64,000 bases of DNA, from positions 1 to 64,000 of the IMG/VR virus record IMGVR_UViG_3300037249_000287; one strand, written 5' to 3'. A program made the translations under genes and the position numbers. Positions 9,611-20,337 of the stretch are shown here, piece by piece (the first letter of the stretch is position 1; each line of letters opens with the position of its first letter). This DNA is from a virus. Its lineage: Duplodnaviria; Caudoviricetes. The notes below the pieces were generated by a model. It ran no database searches, was not told where the DNA came from, and worked only from the letters and a program-made list of their open reading frames with translations.

Positions 9611-12600
9611 TTACGATTTTAATATTTCAATTTCCTTTCTGAGACTTTCATTTTCTTCTTCAAGTGCTTTTATTCGTTCCTCATGACTTATTACCTTGCG
9701 TGCAACAGCTATAACGCCTGCTAATGCAGTCGTTGAATAATCCATTGACAAATAATCGTTCTGTTCTACGACATTGTTCAGTTCTGTTCCAAGCCAATAC
9801 TGAGCAATAGTGCCGATGTGTATATTACTATCTCCATCTATCCATTTGAACTTTACCAATGGTGCTCTTGCTATTGTTTCAATACTTACTTCTTCATATC
9901 CTATGATTTCTTTTAATCTTACGTCTGACGTATTACTATGGCTGCTTGCGTATGATATGCCACTTGAGCGCATAGAACCGCGCACATACAGCATATCACT
10001 GTTTGGATTAGTTCCATTAATGCTTACTTTATCATCAACATATATTTGATTTTCGAAATAATGAAGGCCAGAAGACAGATAGTATGCGTCATGATTATTA
10101 ACGTATATGTTAAGTGATGAATATGAGTCGCTAAGATACAATTCAAGCCACCCTTTTACACCACTTCCGAGTGTATATGTCCCGTTTGCACTTGGAATTA
10201 GATTACCACTTATGCCATCATTAATATTGCCTACACCTAACGCACTTACGCAACCAGTAGCATAGAAGTTAGCAAGGCCACCGCCACTTGTTGATACCAT
10301 TAATGCATTGTTGTTGCTGTCCCATGACAGTATGGCGTTTCCAATTTTTAAACCACCGTTTGCGTTTGAATAGTTTAAAACATCTACCCTACCATTATTG
10401 TCAATTGTTACGCGATTTTGTTGCGTGTTGTTTGAGCTTGATGTCTGGAATGTAAGTGTCTCGCCTCGCAAGAATGTCTTATATCCAGATTTATTCCACC
10501 ATTCACCAAATATTAAATTATTGCCGGAGTCAACTGTTATTGCGTTTTGGTAGTCGTTGCTACTATCTTTAAAAGCGATGCTGCCGTTTATTTTTACCTT
10601 TCCATCAACAACAGAAAGATAGTCGTAATACATTACGTCTTTTTGGTTATGCGTAGGTGTGGTTGTTGTATTGCTTCCAGTGTCGCTATCGCTTGCTGTA
10701 TTATGCGTCCATGACAAATATCTTCCTTCTACAGTATAACTACCATTGGCATAATCCCACGGCAATAAAACCCACACGTCACCAGTTGCAGAACTGTTGC
10801 TTGGTCTACTTGTTACATTAATGCGCACTTGTATGGTGTTGTTGTAACCATGTCGTTCACATGTAACACCAATACAGTTTGATACACTTACAGGACTCTG
10901 CCATCCGTCTTTTAGAATTATTCTTGCCCAAGAATTTTGGTTGGCATTTCCATTATACCCGTTACCTGAATATATGTTGATAACAATATTGTTTGCGTTT
11001 CCGTAAGTAACAAAAGTACCAAGCTTACGCCAATAATTTGACATTCCCGTACCATTCTTTACCGTCAGAAGAAACGCTTTTGACTGTCCTCCATCCATTG
11101 TTAACGTGCCGTCTGTATGAAACACAAACGAATGCCTGTCATTCCATCCCGTTTGCAGGTTTGTGTAGATTTCTACACCATTATCATTTCCTATGGCCAT
11201 GACTTCGTTTGAACCGTCGTATTGCGCTGCAATCACGTCGCTACTTTCGCCGCCTCCTATAACTGTTAATCCACCACCACCAATGTAGATACCCTGACCG
11301 TAAGCATCTGAGGAACTCTTAAACTTTATAATCGGATAAGTGGAGCCTGAACCTGCAAAAGATATATTGCCTGTCATCACTCCTCCACTCTTTAACAAAT
11401 AAGCCGAACCATGCTGGCCATCAAGCAAATCTGCATCAAGTCCGCTGCCTGAACCGTCGTTGCCTGCATGCCAGACCGTGTTGTCTCCAACAAGTAAAGT
11501 TCCCCCGATGGAACTGTCACCACTTGCGTAGAAAGTTCCGTTAACATGGAGCTTATAGGAGGGCGATGCTGTGCCTATGCCGACGTTGCCAGAAGAATTT
11601 ACTGCAATGCCAGACGCAATGCTTGTGCCAAGATGTATAGCACTTTGATAATATTGCAAATACCAATTTGTGTTTCCACCAATGAATTGCAAGTAAGGGT
11701 TGGTTGAACCATCTATAAGCCTAAAGTAATTTGATGAAATACTACCGTTAACGTGGAGCTTGTAGGAGGGTGATGTTGTGCCGATGCCGACATAGCCGCC
11801 CCTTGGCTGTAATAACAATGCTGCACGTTGCGGGTAGCTGGTAGGATGGGTAGACGTCAACGGGTCTTGGCTGTCAAACGACGTTTGTATGGCTACACGT
11901 TCATCCCCGAATGAAGCCTGTGTTGACGTTACACCATATATTTTCATGGTGGCGTCGCCGTTTGTGAAATAGAAAGTTTCATTTACATTCGCGCTGCCGT
12001 CAAACGACTGTCCCCATATTGTGCGTGCCGTCTGTAGCTTAGTTGCTGATGCAACATTATCTGTTTTTAATGCGTATGCAGAACCGTGCTGACCGTCAAG
12101 CAAGTCGGCGTTTAAATTAGTCACAAGATTCGTGTTTGACATCGTACCACCAGACAAAGGAAGGTAGTTTGCAAGTTTTCTTGTACTACCATCTGATATT
12201 TCGTCTAAATTGTATGTCGGCTTATTCTCGGCTTTAGCCCAATCATAGACATCAGAAGCAGGAAGTCTTGTCGGGTAAGCGTTTGCAACAGCAAATGTTC
12301 CATTAGAAGAAACATATACTGGCTGATTTACATTGCCTTGTTGTAGGACTTTAAGCTGATAGTCTGACAGTTTTCTTGTACTGCCATCGCCAACTTCATC
12401 CAAGTCATACGTAGGCTTTGTAGGCGCTTTTGCCCAAGCGTAAACGTCGCTTGCGGGAAGTGATGTTGGTATCTGTGATGTTAACGCAATTGTTCCTGAT
12501 GTGGACGGCAAATTAACCGTCTTATTTTCTGCGACAACTGGCGAAACAAGTTTAACGTAATAATTATTGTTTTGGTTAACAAACGCAAGAGACGTTTGAT

Positions 12601-15600
12601 TGTTTACGCCTTTTAATCCAAGCGTACCACCAACGTTAATGTCGCCAACCTTAAAATTACTGCCAAACGTATTCAATGTGTTACTTGCAAAAGTGACACC
12701 ACCTGTTAACGTGCCGCCAGACAAAGGTAAATATGCAGGCAATGACACTACACCGTTTGACGGATTATAAGTAGTCGTACCCACCTTTACCGCAGTAACC
12801 GTTCCACTGCCGCCAGCAGTACCGTAAACCCAAGCAGAACCATTCCAAACAATTGTTTGTCCGCTTGTTTGCGGATGAGCATCAAGTTGTGCATTGTTTA
12901 TGCTTTGCAACGGCTCGTTTAGTGTAATACCACCACCACCTGTATTGTTTTGCCCAAGTACGGAAAGGTATTGTTCCGTCCATGCACCAACCATTATTTT
13001 CAAGTTATTGATGGCTGTCTGAACGTCATTTGGTATTACTTTGTTTCCATCAGAAATCGTTGACGACTTGTAAGCTTGGAATAGTCTGTTAAAATATGCT
13101 ATACTTATGTAGTTCTGTGCAACCCATCCTCTTGTGGCTGCATATTTCTCGCCGTTTGTACCCGCATTTACACCCGTGACGTTTCCGTTTGAGTCGTATG
13201 TGAGCGAACCGCCAATAACAAGGCCGTTCTCTTTTACATTCATCAGCGTCACGTTTCCTTTCGGCGTAATCACTACACGGGTTTCACTTTCGACAACCTC
13301 AGTACCTATAGAAAACGAGTTAAAGAAATTTGTTAAATCTTCATTACCCCAATACACCTGTTTAATCGTCAATTTTCCTTGGTTATCCCAAGAAAGGTTT
13401 CCTCCTGCAACATATCCAGAGCCATCAAATCTAAACAGCGTCTTTGCATAGTTTGCCAACGATGCAGAAACTTCGTGGTCAATGGGTATGCCATTGTTTA
13501 CGCCACCGCCATACCAAGCAGCAGTACCATGCCCTTTATATCCCGTTCCTGTTTCATTAGACATGTAATTACCGCTTATTCCAGCCCAAATGGATGGTGA
13601 TTGCGTAGTATCTTTCATGTAGATAATGTTTGTCAAGACAAGCCCTCCATCTATGCTTGTAGAACCTGTGCTTAATACTTTGCGCAAATAACCAAGGGAT
13701 TCGCCTACATTTTGCGACGTTGCTTGTATATTTAATATCTCTCCGTATTTGGCAATAATGGCATTAACGGTGGTGTCGTCTGTGTAATCTGATGCTTTAG
13801 TCCAATGATTTATATTAAAACGGCCATCACTCGCTACGGCATTAATACATTTCAATATATCGCCATTGTATGTTGCGCCTGTAGCCCAAGGATATTTTAC
13901 ATTTACCCAAAGGTCGCCATCGTCATAAGGGGGTGTTGGTGTTTGGTGTTGTGCATCGCATATAAACACCCTGCGCTTGTTGTCGGCTGTTTGCTGTGCG
14001 TTACCAGCAATTTTTAATGCCTCAGAAATAGCATCGTCATGTATTTGTGTCCATTTAAACACGTTTGGCTCGACGGATGTGTCATATACAAACCTATACG
14101 CATATCCAGTGTTTTTGTCGTAGTACAAGTCGCCTACATGTTCCTTCTTTAAGTCATTAGTAGTCCATTGGCTTGCTGGAAGATTGTTCAGTGTCGGCAC
14201 ACCTTCATAGTACCATGTGTCAAGCTCACCATCTATCTGTGACTGAATATCGTCCAATGCTGGCTGAATCCAACTATCATCATAGTTGTTTTGGTGTCCT
14301 TTGATATATTCATCAATAGATTGGTTGCCAATAGTACTCTGAGCATTAATAACAGCCTTTACGTTCAATACGCCAGTTTGTGGGTTGTAAGACAGGTAAG
14401 AGCCATTGTCGTCTTTAGAGCCAAATCTAAAATCACCATACACATTGAGATATGCACGGCCAGTAGAAGAATTGTAGCCCATAGCCACGTAGTTCTTGTT
14501 TTCAAGGCTATAGGTATTAATGTTCTGGTATATCTGATACGATGGAGCATCAGCACCACCTACATATTCGATAATAGCACCTTGGCGCGTCGTGTCAGTT
14601 TTATTTCCAAGCTGAACAATATCATCTTGCGCAAGCGGTATGTCAGAACCTTGAAGGCAATCATTTGCTGAAAGGTCTATCCACGCTTCGCCGTTGCTCG
14701 TAATTGTTGCGTTCTTACCGACAACAGCACGCCAATATCCATGCTGCTGAACTCCAGACGAAACATCAGCATTGGTTTCTTTGCAAAATGCCAAATCACC
14801 TACTACAAAGTCGTTCGTAACTGTTTCTCCATTGTCGTTTGCACGAAAATAACAGCGGAACTTTGTTGCCATTGAAGAGTCCTCTGTTACATCTCCATTA
14901 GCATCTATGTATTCAACGCGAGAACATTTAACGCCCGCAAGTGAGGCTATACGATTTCCGTTAGAGTGTGTAAAACGACGAAGTTCAACTGTGTCGAAAG
15001 AAGCCTTCATTCGCACATACATCTTGTCTACTTCAAGATATGTCGTGCCATCGGATTCTATTCTGAAAATACCACCTTCGCCAAGTAATCCAGTAACAAA
15101 ACGCTCTCCTACTTGCAGCCCGCGTAACAACCTAACAAAGCCCGCTGCTGTGTCGTCATTCAATTTGCTAAGATACCTTTCGTCAAATTGTGCAAACAAA
15201 GAATCTATGTCAATGTCGTTATTGATACCATCTACAATGGTACGGAACGTTTCAATAGCTTTGCCAATAGAATTAAGCACCACCTGAATATCGTCCGTAA
15301 GTGTTATGTCGTATTGAGGCAATGGTGCTTGTCCGAACTTGACGGATATTTGCTTAATGTATAAAGGGATGGTTTCAGTGTTATATCTAAACCGAACAAT
15401 CGTATTGCACTTCATTTGTGCTAAGATGTCTGTATTCGTTGCCAAGAAGTGCTCGTCAAACTTTAACGGATATTCAAAATAGTGCTTGTTATTGTCGGCC
15501 ATGTACTGAACCATTTGGTCGTCAAGACGTGATTCAGCATTAGATATATAGCTTGTCGGCAGGGATATGCCAAGAAAAACGAATCTGTCGTTTACTTGCG

Positions 15601-17488
15601 GGTGTTGGTATTTATTTGGCATTAATGTGCCAAATGTATTGTTGTCTTTTTGTAGAATAACGGTTATTTGCCCTGTTGCGCTATTTGGGTACTTGTCGGC
15701 GTTACGAGGGTGTCCTTCGCCAATCACGGGGTCAAAGTTTCCATCAGCATCATAGAAATTCTTCTTGTAGTCGTCCCAATTAACCATAATAGGGAATGTA
15801 CAACCTATACAAGCACCGCTACGCATGTTAACAGACATTTCTTGTGTTATGGCGGCACATGCGTATAAATCAAACGAAAGACGAGGAAGTGTTACCTTAA
15901 AGTAGCTTTGATTATATTTCCCGTCGTCATCCATTGTGTCATCCCAATCTGGAACTGGTGGCTGTGCAGCACGCAATACGGTACAAGAAAAATTGAGAAT
16001 GCTTGACGTATATTGCACCCATGCGTAGTATGAATCGCTTTTGAGAGACCAGTCGTAGGAATATGTGCCCTCTGTTGCTGTGCTTCCGTCTTGAACAGCT
16101 GTAGGTAATATTGAAATTATTCGGCTTAACTGAGACTTCTCTGTTTCATTTGCTGATTCTGTATAGTAGTCTTTCAGTAATGCTAACGCACCATCTAACG
16201 ACACTGCATTAGCATTCTTGTCATCGTATGCACTAACGACCGCCAAAGCAGCCTCTCCTAATTCGGGCTTTATGTCCTCAAACTCATGTATATCATAAGA
16301 AGGGGAATTTGGGTTTATCGGGTTTGGGTAGACATGTGTTCCGTCATTAATTGCATCGTAGTAATCTTTAAGTTCAATGCTTTGGTCGTAATTCGGGTTT
16401 CGTGTACCATCTTCAAGATACGGACTTACCTTGTTAAACAATGTCTCGCTGTATATGCTTGGCATCAGATGGCTTCGTGTAAACGGATGCTTGATAAGCT
16501 TGACGTAGCGACCACCAACAATGCCCATATACAAAGGATATGCGTTCGCTGTTGGCCTGTTCTGTATTACGCCATTTTCAATAACGAAAAAGTCTTCATC
16601 TTCGTATTCTGTGTATTCCCAATCGGGATTGCCGTACCATTCAATTTGCGGATAGCCATACGGAATATTGTTTTCACTTCCGTAGCCAGCAATACGTGTA
16701 ATGATTTTATTATTCTTTGGTGTCCTTGAATTATTCTTTAATCCAACACCCTGCCCCATTTGGAATACAAACGGATGGTCGTTTTCATCAAGTATTTCTT
16801 GCGAAGGAAGTCCAAATCTTATCAAGAAACGCTTACCTGATGAATATCTTGCATCAGTACTTGCAATCGTGTCTACAATGTATGGGACTTTCCATGTGTC
16901 GTAGCCAGTTTTTATCGCATCTGCAATAGTCTGGTTATCAAATGACATTACGTCACTTAGCTTACTAATGGTTTCTTGCGGCACAGTGTTGCCTATCTCG
17001 CACACCCATTCTGTAGCATTCAAGTTTTTGTTTATTTTTGCTACGTAGTCTACAAGATTTCCCATCCAAGAGAATGTCTTGTTTTCGGATAAGTATCTTT
17101 GTTGGCCTTGATTTACGGCTACATCACAGAACGGGAAATTACCCAATTGGCACATAGGATGGTAGAACGTAAACGAATACTTGGTCATACCTTTTGTATC
17201 GCCACTGTCTTTTACCATACCCTCGCGGACAATCGTCGGTGGGTTGACCAATGTATACCTTACAGGTTCTTCGTTCAAGTCATCAGGATTCATCTTGAAC
17301 TCGATGTATTCTTTCATAGTAACCTGTAGCGAATTGTCTTTGTAGTACACATCGCCAGTTATCTTGTCGCCAAGAGACATCACAACGCTGTCATAAGTAG
17401 CCTTGTGTAATACAAGGTTCTCAAACGGCGTTCCATCGTCATTCTTAATTTGAAACACTTGGTTTCTCCCTAATGAACTATTATCCAT
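9611..17488 (-). CDS. Large tail spike / tail tip (host specificity) protein with C-terminal peptidase S74-type chaperone
   Basis: 2625 aa; IITRIAGYGSENNIPYGYP tail-tip motif; fibre repeats LDADLLDGQHGSAY and VGIGTxSPSYKLHVNG; SDVRLKE...HIGTIAQ plus terminal coiled coil. Confidence 0.85.
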   Translation of the reverse strand: MDNSSLGRNQVFQIKNDDGTPFENLVLHKATYDSVVMSLGDKITGDVYYKDNSLQVTMKEYIEFKMNPDDLNEEPVRYTLVNPPTIVREGMVKDSGDTKGMTKYSFTFYHPMCQLGNFPFCDVAVNQGQQRYLSENKTFSWMGNLVDYVAKINKNLNATEWVCEIGNTVPQETISKLSDVMSFDNQTIADAIKTGYDTWKVPYIVDTIASTDARYSSGKRFLIRFGLPSQEILDENDHPFVFQMGQGVGLKNNSRTPKNNKIITRIAGYGSENNIPYGYPQIEWYGNPDWEYTEYEDEDFFVIENGVIQNRPTANAYPLYMGIVGGRYVKLIKHPFTRSHLMPSIYSETLFNKVSPYLEDGTRNPNYDQSIELKDYYDAINDGTHVYPNPINPNSPSYDIHEFEDIKPELGEAALAVVSAYDDKNANAVSLDGALALLKDYYTESANETEKSQLSRIISILPTAVQDGSTATEGTYSYDWSLKSDSYYAWVQYTSSILNFSCTVLRAAQPPVPDWDDTMDDDGKYNQSYFKVTLPRLSFDLYACAAITQEMSVNMRSGACIGCTFPIMVNWDDYKKNFYDADGNFDPVIGEGHPRNADKYPNSATGQITVILQKDNNTFGTLMPNKYQHPQVNDRFVFLGISLPTSYISNAESRLDDQMVQYMADNNKHYFEYPLKFDEHFLATNTDILAQMKCNTIVRFRYNTETIPLYIKQISVKFGQAPLPQYDITLTDDIQVVLNSIGKAIETFRTIVDGINNDIDIDSLFAQFDERYLSKLNDDTAAGFVRLLRGLQVGERFVTGLLGEGGIFRIESDGTTYLEVDKMYVRMKASFDTVELRRFTHSNGNRIASLAGVKCSRVEYIDANGDVTEDSSMATKFRCYFRANDNGETVTNDFVVGDLAFCKETNADVSSGVQQHGYWRAVVGKNATITSNGEAWIDLSANDCLQGSDIPLAQDDIVQLGNKTDTTRQGAIIEYVGGADAPSYQIYQNINTYSLENKNYVAMGYNSSTGRAYLNVYGDFRFGSKDDNGSYLSYNPQTGVLNVKAVINAQSTIGNQSIDEYIKGHQNNYDDSWIQPALDDIQSQIDGELDTWYYEGVPTLNNLPASQWTTNDLKKEHVGDLYYDKNTGYAYRFVYDTSVEPNVFKWTQIHDDAISEALKIAGNAQQTADNKRRVFICDAQHQTPTPPYDDGDLWVNVKYPWATGATYNGDILKCINAVASDGRFNINHWTKASDYTDDTTVNAIIAKYGEILNIQATSQNVGESLGYLRKVLSTGSTSIDGGLVLTNIIYMKDTTQSPSIWAGISGNYMSNETGTGYKGHGTAAWYGGGVNNGIPIDHEVSASLANYAKTLFRFDGSGYVAGGNLSWDNQGKLTIKQVYWGNEDLTNFFNSFSIGTEVVESETRVVITPKGNVTLMNVKENGLVIGGSLTYDSNGNVTGVNAGTNGEKYAATRGWVAQNYISIAYFNRLFQAYKSSTISDGNKVIPNDVQTAINNLKIMVGAWTEQYLSVLGQNNTGGGGITLNEPLQSINNAQLDAHPQTSGQTIVWNGSAWVYGTAGGSGTVTAVKVGTTTYNPSNGVVSLPAYLPLSGGTLTGGVTFASNTLNTFGSNFKVGDINVGGTLGLKGVNNQTSLAFVNQNNNYYVKLVSPVVAENKTVNLPSTSGTIALTSQIPTSLPASDVYAWAKAPTKPTYDLDEVGDGSTRKLSDYQLKVLQQGNVNQPVYVSSNGTFAVANAYPTRLPASDVYDWAKAENKPTYNLDEISDGSTRKLANYLPLSGGTMSNTNLVTNLNADLLDGQHGSAYALKTDNVASATKLQTARTIWGQSFDGSANVNETFYFTNGDATMKIYGVTSTQASFGDERVAIQTSFDSQDPLTSTHPTSYPQRAALLLQPRGGYVGIGTTSPSYKLHVNGSISSNYFRLIDGSTNPYLQFIGGNTNWYLQYYQSAIHLGTSIASGIAVNSSGNVGIGTASPSYKLHVNGTFYASGDSSIGGTLLVGDNTVWHAGNDGSGSGLDADLLDGQHGSAYLLKSGGVMTGNISFAGSGSTYPIIKFKSSSDAYGQGIYIGGGGLTVIGGGESSDVIAAQYDGSNEVMAIGNDNGVEIYTNLQTGWNDRHSFVFHTDGTLTMDGGQSKAFLLTVKNGTGMSNYWRKLGTFVTYGNANNIVINIYSGNGYNGNANQNSWARIILKDGWQSPVSVSNCIGVTCERHGYNNTIQVRINVTSRPSNSSATGDVWVLLPWDYANGSYTVEGRYLSWTHNTASDSDTGSNTTTTPTHNQKDVMYYDYLSVVDGKVKINGSIAFKDSSNDYQNAITVDSGNNLIFGEWWNKSGYKTFLRGETLTFQTSSSNNTQQNRVTIDNNGRVDVLNYSNANGGLKIGNAILSWDSNNNALMVSTSGGGLANFYATGCVSALGVGNINDGISGNLIPSANGTYTLGSGVKGWLELYLSDSYSSLNIYVNNHDAYYLSSGLHYFENQIYVDDKVSINGTNPNSDMLYVRGSMRSSGISYASSHSNTSDVRLKEIIGYEEVSIETIARAPLVKFKWIDGDSNIHIGTIAQYWLGTELNNVVEQNDYLSMDYSTTALAGVIAVARKVISHEERIKALEEENESLRKEIEILKS

Positions 17489-17865
17489 CGCATCAACTTT
17501 ATGATTGCAAATATAATACTAATTATTGATATAACAAGAAACCACCAATAAGTTTTTGGAAATTTAACAACTTCCTTTGTGGTTTCCTTGTATTCTGTCA
17601 CAATACTGTCTTGCCAGCATGTGTCGTGCGTTTCCACAATCTTATCTCGCCATCTCGTATGTTCTACGTACTTTGTCTTATAAACAGTATCACCATGCGT
17701 TTGTATTTCTACATATATGCTATCATGGGTGTTTTCTCGCAAGGTATCATGTTGTATAATTGTATTGTAATGATGAATGTCGCGGTCGCGATATTCCACC
17801 TTTGTATGTGTGGCACAAGAACACATCAACAGGATTGCAAATATAGCGTATAATATATTTTTCAT
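17470..17865 (-). CDS. Putative unimolecular spanin (lipoprotein)
   Basis: N-terminal lipobox (LLMCSC) and C-terminal hydrophobic helix; directly after endolysin. Confidence 0.6.
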   Translation of the reverse strand: MKNILYAIFAILLMCSCATHTKVEYRDRDIHHYNTIIQHDTLRENTHDSIYVEIQTHGDTVYKTKYVEHTRWRDKIVETHDTCWQDSIVTEYKETTKEVVKFPKTYWWFLVISIISIIFAIIKLMRWIIVH

Positions 17866-17868
17866 AAC

Positions 17869-18348
17869 CTATCTTTTTTTGATGTTGCCCAACGTGTCTA
17901 CGTAATACTTATTCTTCCCAAGAAACATGTTTGCCTCCTCGACACGACGTTTTTTTAACCCAAGCAAAGGTTTGCCGCCAGCATTGTGCCACTTAATCAT
18001 TTGGTCAGTAATAGCAACGTCGTCTTTTTTTGACACTATATATTTATACATTGTTGATTTCTTAAAGTTACCTTCCCCAAGATTAAAAATCCACGATGTA
18101 AGCGCATCAAATTGGTTTTGCGTATAGTTTATGCCCATACCATTCAAAACGCGCTCTACGGGCACTATATCTTCTTTCAGGAACGTTTCTGCCTGTTGCA
18201 GTGTAATACTCATACCCATTTTAACGCCTTTGGTATGCCCGTAGCCAATTGTGGCAACACCAACGGAATCACGATAGGCATATAACTTGCAACCCTCAAA
18301 ACCTTTGATAAGGTCTATTCCTTTTTGCGAAATCATCATAAGTGTCAT
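17869..18348 (-). CDS. Endolysin, GH24 lysozyme
   Basis: IKGFEGCKLYAYRDSVGVATIGYGHT...QNQFDALTSWIFNLG...GLKKRRVEEA; start re-set to ATG 18348. Confidence 0.9.
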   Translation of the reverse strand: MTLMMISQKGIDLIKGFEGCKLYAYRDSVGVATIGYGHTKGVKMGMSITLQQAETFLKEDIVPVERVLNGMGINYTQNQFDALTSWIFNLGEGNFKKSTMYKYIVSKKDDVAITDQMIKWHNAGGKPLLGLKKRRVEEANMFLGKNKYYVDTLGNIKKR

Positions 18349-18352
18349 GCTT

Positions 18353-18817
18353 TTATTTATCCATTCTTGGTGTAAAACTATCGTCGTCAATAGGGCTTAA
18401 AAAAACTTTGGTGCGCTGCTGACAGTTCCCTTTTCCGCACATCATTTCTGTCATAAGCTCAAGTCTGTGTTCAAGAGATTCTATCTTACTTTCTTGCGCT
18501 CGCAGTTTGTTTTCTTGTTCGCGTATCTTGTCATCTTGTTCTCTTAGCTTATTCTCGTTTTCAGAAACACGCTTTCTTAAAGCCTCGCATTCTTCGCTTA
18601 TTTCAGCATTAAAACGCCGAAGCCTTTCATTGTGGTCTTCAACATCTTTTATCATTTCTTGGTACATATCTTGCTCTGTTATAGTAGCATTAAGTTCAGT
18701 CTGACGAGCCTCTGCGCTTTCCTTTCGTTTCTTGGCACGCCAGTTGACAAACCAACCGCCGCCGCATATTATCGTTAAAAACGTGCTTATAAACGTGTAA
18801 ATATCCAAAACTTCCAT
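18353..18817 (-). CDS. Putative holin / lysis-associated protein
   Basis: Single N-terminal TM helix plus long coiled coil, directly upstream of lysozyme. Confidence 0.5.
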   Translation of the reverse strand: MEVLDIYTFISTFLTIICGGGWFVNWRAKKRKESAEARQTELNATITEQDMYQEMIKDVEDHNERLRRFNAEISEECEALRKRVSENENKLREQDDKIREQENKLRAQESKIESLEHRLELMTEMMCGKGNCQQRTKVFLSPIDDDSFTPRMDK

Positions 18818-20337
18818 TACGCTTCTAATCCTGTTTTTGCTCTGTTGTCTATAATTTCATTACTATTATTGCGAACGATGTTTGCAGCCTTTTCCTGACT
18901 TACACTTGCGCCTTGGCCTGCTGGTATAAGTGAGCCACGTTCTTTAATGATGCGCTGTTCCTCATCTGGAGCACGGTCAGGTGAACGTTCAATGATTGTA
19001 CGTGTAGAAAGCCACTGTGATTCCATCTGCAAGTTAAGAATCTTGGTATTGTTTGTTTCAAGTGACCAAGGAATAATCTTTGCGCCAATCTTCAACTTAG
19101 CGTATTTTGCCTCGCCGTTGTTAAGTTCAAGGTCAAGTCCTTCTTGGTGCAAGTACACCATATCATTCATAAACCGCTGCCAGTCTATAGCCGATTGCGT
19201 TGCAAGCGCATAGTCATTAGACATTGCAAGTGCAATACCATTACCACCACTATTCGATGTCGTAATATCTTTCGGTGTGATAAACGATGTAGAACTGAAC
19301 AGCGATATTTTTTCTTCAAGCGTTTTCAAATAGCCATCCATTGTTTGTGGCTCTGGAAATTCCAACACCCGTGCGTCTTGCTTCCCATTACTTGTGTCGC
19401 TTGAAAGATTGATGATAAGCGTACTTGAATCGCGCTTAAACGAATCGGCATCCATATCACCAGTAAACACAAGTGCAAACGTTCCAAATCGTTTTAACGC
19501 AATAGCTTGTATATTTGCCATCAGCTCCCACATCTCGCAAGACGATTCAGCATATTCCCAAGCTACCTTACCACGCTTATGTAGCAGTGGGCAGCGAGAG
19601 AATCCATGACGCTCAACCTCTATTTCCCAATTGCTTTCCAAGCCTTTTGTTATGTGGTAATGATTCTTTGAATCGTATGTGTCAATTACCACATTTCCGT
19701 CAACCTCGTAGACCAAAGAGCGTGCTATTTCTATTCCGTACTCGTCGTAGTTTGGGACAATCTGATAGCCATCCTCGTATGAATAGTTTGTGATTCCGTA
19801 TTTTTCTAACGACTTGTCGTACCAGAATAATGTACCGCAATTACCAAGCTGTTTGCAGATATTGATAGACATATATTTGTTCCATTCGCAGTCACGCCAA
19901 AGCCACTCCTGCTTAACCTCGCTAAATGCCTTTGTTTCGGTTTCATCAGGCTCTTGGTTGCAAAGATTAAACTCCAACGGATTTGCCGTAAGATTACGAA
20001 CGTGTGCGGAGTGTATCAATTTCTGGAAAGAACATGTCTGTGTAATATTGATAAGGTTTGACGGAAGTTCTGTTCCGTTTATTCTTACTGTTATATGCGG
20101 TATTGTCTCGTTAAGAATAATGTGGTGTAGGTCTGGACGGTATTCGGTAATATATGTATCTTGCGAAATAGGTTTCATGTTCAAGTTTGCAAAACCTGTG
20201 TCAAGCAAAGTATTATTAAGCACTTCATGCCCCTCATATCCATGCTGATTCATACCACCACCCCTTGTAAACGGCTTCATAAGCGTTAACCGTGTGGGGT
20301 CTTCCATAAACCATCTGATGTTGTGTTCTCTAATCAT
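18817..20337 (-). CDS. Portal protein
   Basis: 506 aa immediately downstream of terminase; SPP1-gp6-like size and helical pattern. Confidence 0.8.
   Translation of the reverse strand: MIREHNIRWFMEDPTRLTLMKPFTRGGGMNQHGYEGHEVLNNTLLDTGFANLNMKPISQDTYITEYRPDLHHIILNETIPHITVRINGTELPSNLINITQTCSFQKLIHSAHVRNLTANPLEFNLCNQEPDETETKAFSEVKQEWLWRDCEWNKYMSINICKQLGNCGTLFWYDKSLEKYGITNYSYEDGYQIVPNYDEYGIEIARSLVYEVDGNVVIDTYDSKNHYHITKGLESNWEIEVERHGFSRCPLLHKRGKVAWEYAESSCEMWELMANIQAIALKRFGTFALVFTGDMDADSFKRDSSTLIINLSSDTSNGKQDARVLEFPEPQTMDGYLKTLEEKISLFSSTSFITPKDITTSNSGGNGIALAMSNDYALATQSAIDWQRFMNDMVYLHQEGLDLELNNGEAKYAKLKIGAKIIPWSLETNNTKILNLQMESQWLSTRTIIERSPDRAPDEEQRIIKERGSLIPAGQGASVSQEKAANIVRNNSNEIIDNRAKTGLEA

Noticed and set aside
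11538-11791. 47-bp repeat pair as DGR TR/VR
   Set aside because: Both copies are coding in the same protein and the mismatches are not adenine-specific
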